IMG/VR virus record: IMGVR_UViG_3300032313_000668
Location: 1-64,000 of that record
Reading direction: 5' to 3' (one strand)
Origin: a virus
Length of the DNA: 64,000 nucleotides
Positions within the stretch are counted from its first letter, which is position 1. Each line of letters begins with the position of its first letter. Below the pieces are notes generated by a model, which saw nothing but the letters and a program-made list of their open reading frames with translations, was not told the origin of the DNA and made no database searches. Positions 1-10,400 of this stretch are shown one piece after another. Both the position numbers and the translations under genes were made by a program.

Positions 1-456
1 GTAGGTTCTACAGGTGCTCAAGGTATTCAGGGGCCAGTTGGTTTACCAGCTTTAGAATTATACACTCCTGTACTATCTGCAACTGGTCTTACCTTTACAG
101 GAACCCCAACATCTGGAAGATTTAGCAGATATGGAAGAAATATTTTCTTCTCTATACAGATTGACTGCACTAACGTAACCAACTTTGGTTCAGGTAATAT
201 TCAAGTAACTCTTCCAGTTTTACCAGATGGGATAGCTGCTTCATCCTTTAGTGGAATGATTGACGTATCTAATGGATTCAGCGGTAACGTTCATCAGATA
301 TTTGCTCAGAACGCCTTGAGCTCAGCAGTTATAAGATTATTTACAGTGGGAACAAATGGTCTAAGAACTGCAGTAACTGGAACAGCTCCAGCTACACTAA
401 CTACAAATACTCGAATATACATAACTGGCACTTACATTGCCGCGAGTGATGCGTAA
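1..456 (+). CDS. 5'-truncated collagen-like fibre protein (C-terminal part)
   Basis: Frame 1 is open from base 1 ([14 protein letters not shown]...) and continues into the listed 256..456 ORF. The domain after the G-X-Y repeats (YTPVL...GRFSRYG...FGSG..VTLP) resembles the C-terminus of the 471..1172 protein. Confidence 0.75.
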   Translation, partial: VGSTGAQGIQGPVGLPALELYTPVLSATGLTFTGTPTSGRFSRYGRNIFFSIQIDCTNVTNFGSGNIQVTLPVLPDGIAASSFSGMIDVSNGFSGNVHQIFAQNALSSAVIRLFTVGTNGLRTAVTGTAPATLTTNTRIYITGTYIAASDA

Positions 457-470
457 GAGGAGGGTGAATA

Positions 471-1172
471 ATGCCAGCGATTGATTTTCCAAGTAACCCG
501 ACTCTTAACCAAGAGTACACAAACGGTATTCAGACATACCGTTGGAATGGTACGGCTTGGCGTCTAGTTCGTACAAGTGCAGTTGGTCCCACAGGACCGA
601 CAGGTCCTGCAGGTCTTGACTCAACTGCTATTGGTGAGATTGGTCCAACGGGACCAGCTGGGCCAACAGGTGCTACGGGTGCAACTGGTGCAGCTTCAAC
701 AGTACAAGGCCCAACAGGTGCAACAGGCCCAACAGGTTCCTTCACAATTGAGCCTTGGACTACTTACACTCCTCAATTAATTGCTAGCACTGTAAATCCA
801 ACTATTGGAAATGGAACAATACAAGGTCGATACATTGCTCTAGGAGCAATGGTTATGGGTGAGATTCAAATTATTGCAGGAACCTCTGGATTTAACAGAG
901 GCTCTGGAACATACTCAGTTACTTTGCCAACAAATGCAATCTTTGAGGCATATCAACCAATTGGCCAAGTTGTAATGCGAGATGAGGGTCCAGGTATTAC
1001 TTACTTTGGAACTGCAATCTTTACAACATTTGCTAACAGAGTAGAACTTTTTATTCACTCGCAGTCTGCAGCCTTCGATGAAGGTGTGTCAGTAACTGAG
1101 AGCACACCATTCTTGTATGGTGCTAATGACAAAATTCTTATCCAATTCACTTACGAAGCTGACCTAGGTTAG
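471..1172 (+). CDS. collagen-like virion fibre protein
   Basis: N-terminal MPAIDFP...WNGTAW module, GPT triplet repeats and a globular C-terminal domain; GAGGAGG ribosome-binding site upstream. Confidence 0.8.
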   Translation: MPAIDFPSNPTLNQEYTNGIQTYRWNGTAWRLVRTSAVGPTGPTGPAGLDSTAIGEIGPTGPAGPTGATGATGAASTVQGPTGATGPTGSFTIEPWTTYTPQLIASTVNPTIGNGTIQGRYIALGAMVMGEIQIIAGTSGFNRGSGTYSVTLPTNAIFEAYQPIGQVVMRDEGPGITYFGTAIFTTFANRVELFIHSQSAAFDEGVSVTESTPFLYGANDKILIQFTYEADLG

Positions 1173-1184
1173 GGGATGGTGTAA

Positions 1185-3089
1185 ATGGCGGCTATAGATT
1201 TTCCTAACTCACCTCAAGTAAACGATGTATTTACTTCTGGCAGTCAAAGCTGGGTTTGGACAGGTACTGCTTGGAACTTAGTTGTATCTTCAGTAGTTGG
1301 CGCAACTGGTCCAACAGGTCCGCAGGGAGCAGCAAGCAGCGTTGCGGGTCCAACAGGACCTACTGGAAGATTTACTGCAAGTGCAGATACTCCTCCAACT
1401 AATCCAACCCCCGTAACTGGTGATGCTTGGTTTAATTCAACAACTGGTCAGATATATGTCTATTATGACGAGTACTGGGTCGAATCTGCCTCCTCAAACG
1501 TAGGAGCAGAGGGACCAACAGGTCCAACGGGTGCAACGGGCCCAATCTCAACAACTCCAGGTCCAACAGGTTTTACTGGTCCTACAGGTGCAACTGGTCC
1601 TCGTGGTCAAACTGGTCCTCAGGGTTTGTCAATTACTGGTGCCACGGGAGCAACAGGTGCTCAAGGCCCAACAGGTGCTCGAGGTGAACAAGGTTTTGAA
1701 GGAGACCGTGGTCCAACTGGACCAACTGGTTCTGCAGGTGGTCAAGGTGTTGCTGGTGAAGAGGGGCCAACAGGTCCAGCAGGTCTTCAAGGTTCTCCTG
1801 GACCGACTGGTCCAACAGGCCCCCGCGGATTCGTAGGACCAACTGGTGCTGCTGGAACCGTAGGAGCAACAGGCCCAGCAGTTACTGGTCCAACTGGTGC
1901 GACAGGTCCTAGCGGTCCAGCTGGTGGACCTACTGGTCCAACAGGCCCTACTGGACCAACTGGAGACACTGGACCCCAAGGTGACGTAGGTCTTCGTGGA
2001 CCTGCGGGTGCGACTGGTGCAAATGGTGCAGCCTCGACAGTCCCTGGACCAACAGGTGCTCAAGGTATTCAAGGTCCAGTCGGACCAACAGGACAGTCTG
2101 GCCCAGCGGGTCCTCAAGGTCCTCAAGGTATTCAAGGTATTCAAGGTCCAACTGGTTTACAGGGACCAGCTGGTGCTGACTACAACAACACAACATCTTC
2201 TACTTCTAGAACGATGTCCCTTGGTAATTTGCTTTTTGTTACAAACGGGCCTCGTGCTTATGCAGTAGGAAATAGAGTTCGTGTATATTCCGTAAGCGCT
2301 CCAACAATCTTTGTTGAGGGTGTAATTATTACCATCGCTGTTAATGACATCACTGTAAACGTGGACCTTGTTCAGGGTAGCGGAACGTTTAACTCATGGA
2401 AATTTGCTCTTTCTGGTGAGCGCGGTCCAGCTGGTCCTACTGGTGCGCAAGGAACTGCAATCAGACTTCTTGGTTCAAAGGCTACAGTCGGTGCTCTTCC
2501 TCCAACTGGAAACACTCTTAATGATGCATGGATTGTTGAAGCTGATGGAAACCTCTATGTGTGGGGTGGAATCTCTTGGAGCAACGTAGGAAAGATAGTT
2601 GGTCCTACAGGTTCTCAAGGTCCTCAAGGTATTCAAGGTATTCAAGGTATTCAAGGTGTCAAGGGTGACACTGGTGACACGGGGCCTCAAGGACCGCAAG
2701 GAAATATCGGGCCAACAGGTGCTTCGGTTACTGGAGCTACAGGAGATACGGGACCAACAGGTCCTGCAGTATTTAATTTGATAGGCCCTCAGTATTTAGC
2801 ATCTACGACACTACAACCAACAGACGTAGCCAGCCTTGTAAAAGTAAATAGCTCGACTGCTACTGCCATTACCGTCCCAGCTGACGGAACAGCTGGATAC
2901 ACCTTCCCATCAGGTACGCAAATTGTTTTGACGCAGCTTGGTGTGGGTCAGGTGACAATCCTAGGAGCAGCTGGAGTATCTATCCTTACCGAAGGTGGAA
3001 GAAACATCACAAAAGCTAGATACGCTGTTGCTTCGCTTATTAAACTTAGTGCCAACTCTTGGCTACTAAGCGGAAACTTGACGGTGTAG
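1185..3089 (+). CDS. long collagen-like virion fibre protein
   Basis: MAAIDFP N-terminal module and long G-P-T/G-X-Q tracts interrupted by small globular modules ([13 protein letters not shown]; [16 protein letters not shown]). The C-terminal domain is shared with 16618..18561. Confidence 0.85.
   Translation: MAAIDFPNSPQVNDVFTSGSQSWVWTGTAWNLVVSSVVGATGPTGPQGAASSVAGPTGPTGRFTASADTPPTNPTPVTGDAWFNSTTGQIYVYYDEYWVESASSNVGAEGPTGPTGATGPISTTPGPTGFTGPTGATGPRGQTGPQGLSITGATGATGAQGPTGARGEQGFEGDRGPTGPTGSAGGQGVAGEEGPTGPAGLQGSPGPTGPTGPRGFVGPTGAAGTVGATGPAVTGPTGATGPSGPAGGPTGPTGPTGPTGDTGPQGDVGLRGPAGATGANGAASTVPGPTGAQGIQGPVGPTGQSGPAGPQGPQGIQGIQGPTGLQGPAGADYNNTTSSTSRTMSLGNLLFVTNGPRAYAVGNRVRVYSVSAPTIFVEGVIITIAVNDITVNVDLVQGSGTFNSWKFALSGERGPAGPTGAQGTAIRLLGSKATVGALPPTGNTLNDAWIVEADGNLYVWGGISWSNVGKIVGPTGSQGPQGIQGIQGIQGVKGDTGDTGPQGPQGNIGPTGASVTGATGDTGPTGPAVFNLIGPQYLASTTLQPTDVASLVKVNSSTATAITVPADGTAGYTFPSGTQIVLTQLGVGQVTILGAAGVSILTEGGRNITKARYAVASLIKLSANSWLLSGNLTV
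2625..2657 (+). repeat. 9-bp tandem repeat (CAAGGTATT)n encoding QGI collagen triplets
   Basis: caaggtattcaaggtattcaaggtattcaaggt is visible; a shorter copy lies near 2124-2147. Confidence 0.7.
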
Positions 3090-3090
3090 T

Positions 3091-4011
3091 GTGCTTATAT
3101 CTACGCATGCCATGCATGCAACTCTTGAAGTCCCCTTTGTCCCAGCAGCTTGGGAAGCAGTAGTCGATAGTACTTTTGGTACTACAAACATAAATGCCGT
3201 AACTTCTAGTGGTATTAATGAATATATTGCGGTGGGAAATTCTGGAAAAGTGGGAACTTCCCCAAATGGAATTACCTGGACTCAAAGAGACTCAAGTTTT
3301 GATGGAAGCAATATCTACTGCATTGCTTACTATGATGGGCTATATGTAATAGGCGGAAGCTCAGGCAAAATGGCTGTGTCCTCTAATGCAGGAGCAACAT
3401 GGACTCTAGTTCCGTCATCTTTTGGTGCAAGCACGGTATTGGCTGTTACATACTCAACTTCAGCCTCCCTGTGGATTGCTGCTGGTGGTTCAGGAAAGCT
3501 TGCAACCTCTATTGATGGCCTTTCATGGACTCAAAGAACTTCATCTTTTAGTACGACTTTTATTAACGGTCTATATGCATCTTCAAGTTTGATAGTTGCC
3601 GTTGGGTTTGATGGCAAACTAGCAACATCTACTAACGGTACATCTTGGACTCAAAGGTCTTCATCTTTTGTGACCAGCTCTATTTATGCCGTAGCATCTG
3701 ACACAGAAAGTGGAAGATTTGTTGCTGTAGGAGATTCTGGAAAAATTGCCTATTCCGCAAACGGGTTATCTTGGACTCAGGCATTCCCTGCTACTTCTTT
3801 TGGTAACTCAATTGTTCGAGCAGTTGACGCAACTACAGAGGTTTATGTTGCAGCTGGTGCCTTAGGAAAGCTCGGGACATCATACGATGCCAATATTTGG
3901 TCTCAGCGCAACGCTACTTTTGCTACTAACAATATAAACGGAGTTTATATTGATAACAGAGCAGTTGCCGTTGCTGTTGGTAATTCAGGAAGAATAGCGT
4001 ATTCGCTATAG
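3091..4011 (+). CDS. beta-propeller protein with Asp-box/BNR-like repeats, probably a virion or receptor-binding component
   Basis: About seven ~43-aa repeats of the form I..V.....vAvG.sGkla.S.nG.sWTQr.SSF; GTG start. Confidence 0.7.
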   Translation: MLISTHAMHATLEVPFVPAAWEAVVDSTFGTTNINAVTSSGINEYIAVGNSGKVGTSPNGITWTQRDSSFDGSNIYCIAYYDGLYVIGGSSGKMAVSSNAGATWTLVPSSFGASTVLAVTYSTSASLWIAAGGSGKLATSIDGLSWTQRTSSFSTTFINGLYASSSLIVAVGFDGKLATSTNGTSWTQRSSSFVTSSIYAVASDTESGRFVAVGDSGKIAYSANGLSWTQAFPATSFGNSIVRAVDATTEVYVAAGALGKLGTSYDANIWSQRNATFATNNINGVYIDNRAVAVAVGNSGRIAYSL

Positions 4012-4026
4012 AGGAGAGGAGATATA

Positions 4027-4194
4027 ATGTTTTCATATCAAGTTTTGCATGAGACCCTTCTTGTGCAGATTCTCTATGGTGACAATGTCATCGATGAGAG
4101 TGGCCCATGGGAGTCACTTCAATCAGCAGTCAGCTGGGCAGAAGCCTACGTTGCAAAAATGAACGCTGGCATCCCAGAGCCAGATATCAGCTAA
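4027..4194 (+). CDS. small hypothetical protein (55 aa; below the ORF-track cut-off)
   Basis: ATG at 4027 after GAGGAGAGGA, open to TAA at 4194 (MFSYQVLHETLLVQILYGDNVIDESGPWES...); fills the gap between flanking genes. Confidence 0.7.
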   Translation: MFSYQVLHETLLVQILYGDNVIDESGPWESLQSAVSWAEAYVAKMNAGIPEPDIS

Positions 4195-4230
4195 TATTTA
4201 GACTACACAGACCAGAAAGGAGTAACCAAA

Positions 4231-4881
4231 ATGGCAGCAATTGATTTTCCAACACCAGTAGCAGTTGACGAAGTATTTACAGTCAACAATCAGAGCTGGG
4301 TTTGGACTGGCATCGCTTGGGAAGCTCTTCGAGTAACTCCAACTGGTCCAACGGGTCCTCAGGGTATTCAAGGACCAACGGGACCAACAGGTGCACAAGG
4401 TGCAACTGGTGCTCAAGGTATTGAAGGTCCTACTGGTCCTGACTCAACTGTTGCAGGTCCAACAGGACCTACAGGTTCACAGGGTGTTGTAGGTCCTACT
4501 GGTCCTCAGGGTGTTCAAGGTGAGCGCGGTGAACGCGGTGTAACTGGTCCGACAGGTGCCGATTCTAATATTGCTGGTCCACAAGGTCCAACTGGCCCCC
4601 GCGGTGTTACAGGTCCAACGGGTTCTACAGGTTCACAATCAGAAGTTCCTGGACCGACTGGTCCAACGGGTCCAGTGGGTAAGTTCGTAGTTGGTGCAAC
4701 TCAACCAGACTTATTTACATCTGTAAATGGAGATGTTTGGTTTAACACTCAAACTGCAAAAACCTATGTATTCTTTGAAGGAGTCTTTGTTGAAACATCA
4801 AGTGGCTCTCAAGGTGTAACTGGTCCTACAGGCTCGCAAGGGTCTTATAGAATATCTACATCTTGGTGGCTTGGTGTATAA
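4231..4881 (+). CDS. collagen-like virion fibre protein
   Basis: MAAIDFP module, GPT repeats and [15 protein letters not shown] module; AAAGGAG ribosome-binding site. Confidence 0.8.
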   Translation: MAAIDFPTPVAVDEVFTVNNQSWVWTGIAWEALRVTPTGPTGPQGIQGPTGPTGAQGATGAQGIEGPTGPDSTVAGPTGPTGSQGVVGPTGPQGVQGERGERGVTGPTGADSNIAGPQGPTGPRGVTGPTGSTGSQSEVPGPTGPTGPVGKFVVGATQPDLFTSVNGDVWFNTQTAKTYVFFEGVFVETSSGSQGVTGPTGSQGSYRISTSWWLGV

Positions 4882-4953
4882 TTACAAGAACAGCAGACTT
4901 ACTTCTGCAACAAACGTTACAATGATGTGTTCTCTTGAAAGAGGTAGCGAATA

Positions 4954-7431
4954 ATGCCTGGATTCCTTGGCGGTTCAAGTGGCGGAACTACTGGCACTGG
5001 TGGAGAAATTACTTTTCCTAAAGAGTTTATTGACCCAGTAACTAAACTCCGTGTCTCTGAGCCCGCAAACCTCATTGACACCGACTTCGAGTATGGTCTA
5101 CAGCCAACCAAGTGGGAAACTGTTGAGCTTATCAACAACACTCCATCGTTCTTTTCTAAGAGCGGTGATACAACTATTCCCAACGTCGAGTCTATTACAA
5201 CAATTACGGGCTCCCGCGAAGTCACAGTTAAAACACTTCTAGACCACGGTCTAGCCGTTGGTACACCTATCAACGTAAATGGAACAAAGTCTCTTACCTC
5301 TGATGGTTCTTACATCATCAACTCAATCCCCAACTCAAAGACTTTTACTTATCTAGCTAAAGAAAACCAATTCCAGACATCTAGTATTGAAGACCTTTAT
5401 ACCTCTATTGTTACTGGAGAGTTTTTTCAGGGTTCTCAGATTAAAATTTCTGACGCTCGAGGCGTCGAGACAGATGGTGAGCCAGTATCAACTTTGACTG
5501 TACGTACTAGTAGTCCGCACGGTTTTGGTCCAAACACACCTCTTTACTTCTTAAACCTCAACTCCACAATTACTCAGGAATTTGATTCTACTAATACTGA
5601 ATCTAAGTCCTTTGATGCTTCTAACAACGTTACCGCTCGTACTTTTGATGGTTCCAACACAACATCTCAAACCAGACTTAACTTAAACAATAGTGCTACT
5701 AGCAACCCAACTAGCGTTGCTAGCGCCATCGTAGGAGTTAATACAGAGAATGACACAATATCTGTTAACCATATAACAGAAAACTTTCAGAATCTAAGAG
5801 TTGGAGCTGCTCTTCAGTATGAAGTAGTAGCAGCTGATGGGTACTTTTTAAATAACCCAAGGGGCGTTGTATTCCTAAAAACTAACAATGCTTTAGGCGC
5901 TTCATCTTCTACATTTGAAGTAAGCGAAATTCCAAACGGTACAACAATTAACATAACTTCAAACATGAGTGGTTTTTTCCAAATTGCTAACCTTGCAGCT
6001 TCATTTGCTGGAAGCAACTTAGATACCAACAATCAAACAAGTATATCTACTTCTAAAGGAAATGCACTAGAGTTTGACGGAGATAACTCAGAGGGTGCTT
6101 CTTTTACTGTTTCTAGCATCGCTGGCCTTGGAAACATCACCCTAAATGCAAATACAAACTGGGCTATCGGTCAGATGATTTTCTATAGCACAACTGGCTC
6201 AGCCGCTACTGGCTTGACAAACAACACAACATATTGGGTATCTGCACTAAATGTTCAGACAAACCTTATTAATATTTCTGACTCGCCAGGCGGAGCCACT
6301 CTAACTGCTATATCTGGTGGTACTGGAACGCAAACTTTTAGAGCAATTAGCGTGTCCGTAGATAGAGACGTAATTGCACTACCAGGACATGGTTTTCAAG
6401 AAGCAGACATGGTTTTATATGAGTATACCAACGGTGCTCGTATGACTACCAATAACGATACAAACGACTACTACTTTGTTAATAAAGTCTTTGATTCAAC
6501 ACACGTCTCTCTAACTAAAACTAAGGGATTTGTATTAGATGGAACAACTCAGGCTCGGGCTGCCGCGAGCGCCCAAGCTATTAAAGTCGTTAATCCATCT
6601 GCGGCAGATGGCCCTTACTGGATTAAGCCAGTTGGTAGTGCTAATGCTTACCTAACCTATTGCAACTTCTCTCTCGAGAGCGGTGGCTGGACTCAGGTTA
6701 TGAAGCTATCAAGCAACACCCTTCTAACCAACACCCTACCTGCTGCTACTGCTGGATTAACCTCTGCTGGTGCCACTGTCACATTTGGTCCTCACTGGGA
6801 TGGATGGTCATGGAACTCAGAAGGTCAGTACACAAGCTTATTCCCACTAGCTAATAACTCAACCTTTGCTGATATTGATGCATTTAGCCCGCTTTTCCAC
6901 CTTCTTCCATTCAATGACATCATGATTATTCAGATTACTAATACAGCTAACAGAATTGGATGGCGTCACAACGCAACTATTCCAAACATGCGAGCAGTTA
7001 CTGGTGGTACGAATCTATCTACTTATGGAAACTCATGGCTATTCCCGACTGCCTTTGCTGCCAACCCAGACGAATGGTCTATGACGCGTCGCTTAGGTGT
7101 TCACACAAGCGTTCGTACGGACCTTTTACAGACTGGTGGTCGTTTTGGCTTTAAGGTTCTATCGGACTACGCCAACAACTATGCAACAGTTAACAACTTT
7201 ATTAATGGCGGGTACAGCACCCTCAACTCAGACGCCGTAACTGGTCATGGTGTGTCCATGATTGGTATGGGTGGTACTGGAACTACAGGAGTTCGTTGGG
7301 GTGGTGGTATCGGATTTACCTATACAGCTAACTCACAATGGCGTGCTCATGGCCACTTCTACAACCAGGGAATCACATCTGGTGGAACATCTAACCGCAC
7401 ATTCCTTAATTTAGCAGTATTCGTCAGATAA
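4954..7431 (+). CDS. virion structural protein with C-terminal fibrinogen-like domain
   Basis: N-terminal KLRVSEP..LIDTDFEYGLQPTKWE motif typical of large phage virion proteins, HG(F/L) beta repeats, and C-terminal DGPYWIKP...YCNFSLESGGWT (fibrinogen-like YCxxxxxGGW motif). Confidence 0.7.
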   Translation: MPGFLGGSSGGTTGTGGEITFPKEFIDPVTKLRVSEPANLIDTDFEYGLQPTKWETVELINNTPSFFSKSGDTTIPNVESITTITGSREVTVKTLLDHGLAVGTPINVNGTKSLTSDGSYIINSIPNSKTFTYLAKENQFQTSSIEDLYTSIVTGEFFQGSQIKISDARGVETDGEPVSTLTVRTSSPHGFGPNTPLYFLNLNSTITQEFDSTNTESKSFDASNNVTARTFDGSNTTSQTRLNLNNSATSNPTSVASAIVGVNTENDTISVNHITENFQNLRVGAALQYEVVAADGYFLNNPRGVVFLKTNNALGASSSTFEVSEIPNGTTINITSNMSGFFQIANLAASFAGSNLDTNNQTSISTSKGNALEFDGDNSEGASFTVSSIAGLGNITLNANTNWAIGQMIFYSTTGSAATGLTNNTTYWVSALNVQTNLINISDSPGGATLTAISGGTGTQTFRAISVSVDRDVIALPGHGFQEADMVLYEYTNGARMTTNNDTNDYYFVNKVFDSTHVSLTKTKGFVLDGTTQARAAASAQAIKVVNPSAADGPYWIKPVGSANAYLTYCNFSLESGGWTQVMKLSSNTLLTNTLPAATAGLTSAGATVTFGPHWDGWSWNSEGQYTSLFPLANNSTFADIDAFSPLFHLLPFNDIMIIQITNTANRIGWRHNATIPNMRAVTGGTNLSTYGNSWLFPTAFAANPDEWSMTRRLGVHTSVRTDLLQTGGRFGFKVLSDYANNYATVNNFINGGYSTLNSDAVTGHGVSMIGMGGTGTTGVRWGGGIGFTYTANSQWRAHGHFYNQGITSGGTSNRTFLNLAVFVR

Positions 7432-7480
7432 GAACTGAGTTACAATTAACTTTAGTCTGTCAGAGAAGGGTTGACCATAA

Positions 7481-10400
7481 ATGTCTCTTGATATCCAAGC
7501 AATTGGTGGTCTTGGTACACACACACTCCGTAAGGTAAACGTAAACCTTGCGGAAAATTACGTGTATTTTGCCAACCGCGATTCAGGGACTGCATATCCA
7601 ACAGCTATCACTGATGATGCCGCCTGGGTTTACCGCGAGGGTACTGGAAACATTACTGGCCTTACAACTGGAACTGTTTATTATACCAATACAGACCAAT
7701 ACTCTATAGCCTTTGCCTCTTCTGCTGGTGGCACAAATATTGACCTTACCGAGTACGTTGCTGGAACTGTAACTCTTAACTATCCAAACGTTTTCCAAAA
7801 CGCCTTAAACATTTCTTCTGTGAAATACGCAGACCAGCAAGCAGTAAAGTACTACACAAATTCAGACCCAATTAATGGTCTAACTTCTGGTCAAACTTAT
7901 TTTGTCAAAAACCAGCTAACTGGTTTAGGTGGAAGTGCTCTGTACCAGTTCAGCGACTTTACTTTTACAACTGGTGGAGTTACTGGACAGAATGGTCCGA
8001 CAATTGAGCAGCTTCGAGCTTCCTACTCTTCTGCATCATGGAGAAACTTATACCTAAATCAAGGAACATTCCAGGGATACCAAGACTGGACAGTTCCTGA
8101 AGATGGTGTTTACGAATTTAACGTAAAGGGTGCCCCAGGTCGTCAGGGTCGCGCACTTGGCGGTGGCGGTGCCATCATCCGAGGTAGAGTACGTCTTACC
8201 AAGGGTGAAATTATCACTATTGTCTGCGGACAACGCGGTGAGCTTCCTACTAGCGCAATTAACCACCCAGCATCTTCTGGAGCTTCTTTTGTAGTTAGAA
8301 AAAGTGGAAATATTCCACTCTTTATTGCTGGTGGTGGTTCTTCATCTTCTTCTGTAACAAATGGTTTAAATGCTGTAACCACAAACACTGGTGGAACTTC
8401 TAGCCGTGGATTTGTTGGTGGTACAAGCGGTAATGGTGCTGTTGGACGTAGCTCTGGTGGTGGTGGAGGAGGGTTCTTCTCCGCTGGTGGTAACTCCTCC
8501 AACGGTGGCACTGGTGGTGGTGGATTTAACAACGGTCTTCTCGGTGGTAATCCAGGCAACACTGCAAACGGTGGACGTGGCGGTTTTGGCGGTGGCGGTG
8601 GTGCTGATGGCCAAACTAACGGTAACCCTGGTGGTGCTGGTGGTTACTCTGGTGGTGCTACTAACGATGCTGCTGCAGGTGTTGGTGGTGGTGGAGGTTC
8701 ATTCGTTCTTGCCACAGCTACAAACATTGCAACTTCTGACGGACTATATAACGGAAGCAATAATCTTTTCGGTGTAGCAATTACAAACCTTGCCCAGTAC
8801 AACACAGGCGACGTTGAAGGTGAAGTATCTGTAACTCTAGTAGAGCGTTCAGTATTTGGATTTAAGTTGCACCCAACTGCAAGCGATGCAGAAGCTGGAT
8901 TGAATGAAATCCCTGTTTCACCTGCTGGCTCACAGTTCCACGCTTTTGTCCCAGTTACTCTTGATTTAACATCTGAAACAATTAACACACTTACTCCTCA
9001 TGGATTTTCTGAGGGAGAAGGTGTTCAGTACTTCTTTAATACAACCGCTGCTGGTGGTTTAGACGCATCTACCGTTTACTACATTGACCGAGTAGATGAC
9101 TACACATTTAAACTAAGCCTAACTCCAGACCCAAATTTTACTACAGTAAACATAACTCGCCCTGCTAACTCAACTATTCAGGGTTTCCGTAGAGTTATTG
9201 TTAATCCTTCTACGGACACAATTACTATTAATAACCATGGTTTCTTAGTAGACCAGCCAGTTAGATACTCTCCTGGCACTGGAACTGCTATTGCTCCTTT
9301 GCAGAACAACTCAACTTACTACATTAAAGATGTTGTTGATGCTAATAGATTTACATTAAGTCAGTCGCTTCAAGGTCCTGTTATCAACATAACCTCTCCT
9401 GGAACTGGCACATCACACAGCTTTATTTTGACTGTTGTTAATGATTTGGAAGACACTCTTTACGTACCTACTCACGGCTATGTCTCTGGTCAAACTGTTA
9501 GATACCAAAAGTCTAGAGACTTTGTAATTTCTAACGTTACTTCTTCTGGAACTACAAGAGTAATTAACACAGTTGAGCCACATGGTATTCAAGTTAACTC
9601 AAGAATTACTCTTGACAACTTCACAAGACCAGCAGTTTCTGCTCCATCAATTGTTGTAACACGTATTGCAAGCTCTGGTCAGACTAGAACTTTGACTCTT
9701 GCTGCCAACCACAACTTACAAACAGGTATGTTTATCCAAGTTAGCGGTCTTACTGGAGTAAACGCATCTAACTTTAACGGCATTCATGTAGTTACAGCTA
9801 TCCCAACAGGAAACACTCTTACATACACTGCTGAAGTTAGCTCGACTCTTTCTGAACTAATTCTTTCAGGTACTGCTACTACAATGCAACGCAAGCCAGC
9901 CTTTGAGTTTGTTGAGCACACACGTGTTCTAAATGTTAGAAGCATTGCTTCATCTGGAACAACTCGTACGATTGTGACTAACGAACCTCACTACCTCAGC
10001 ACAGGATACCCAATTTGGATTCAAGGAATCTCTGGTTCTGTAACAGGAATCCAGGGTGATATTGGAGAGTATTTCAATGGAATCTACTTTTTAGCAAGCA
10101 CACCTAGCACTAACACATTTACATATGTTGCAGCTCACGATGGCGAGCCATCAAACTTGCAGCCAGCTATTACTTTTAACACTACTGGTGTTGGTACTGG
10201 TGGAGTAAACCTTGGCGGAACCGTTTATCGAGAAGTTGTAGCTTCTGCTGTTACTTCCAACTCAATTAGCTATGTCATGCCTCAATCTTCTATAACAGTA
10301 AGCCCAGCAGAAACAGTTACTGGTCGCGTGTCAAAGATTGGTGTTCGATTAAACAACAGAAACCTAACAAACACTACTCTTGGTGACCTAACATTTGATG

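Noticed and set aside
6535-7431. Diversity-generating retroelement target at the fibrinogen-like C-terminus
   Set aside because: No reverse transcriptase or template-repeat copy is visible in the window; one elsewhere in the genome cannot be excluded.
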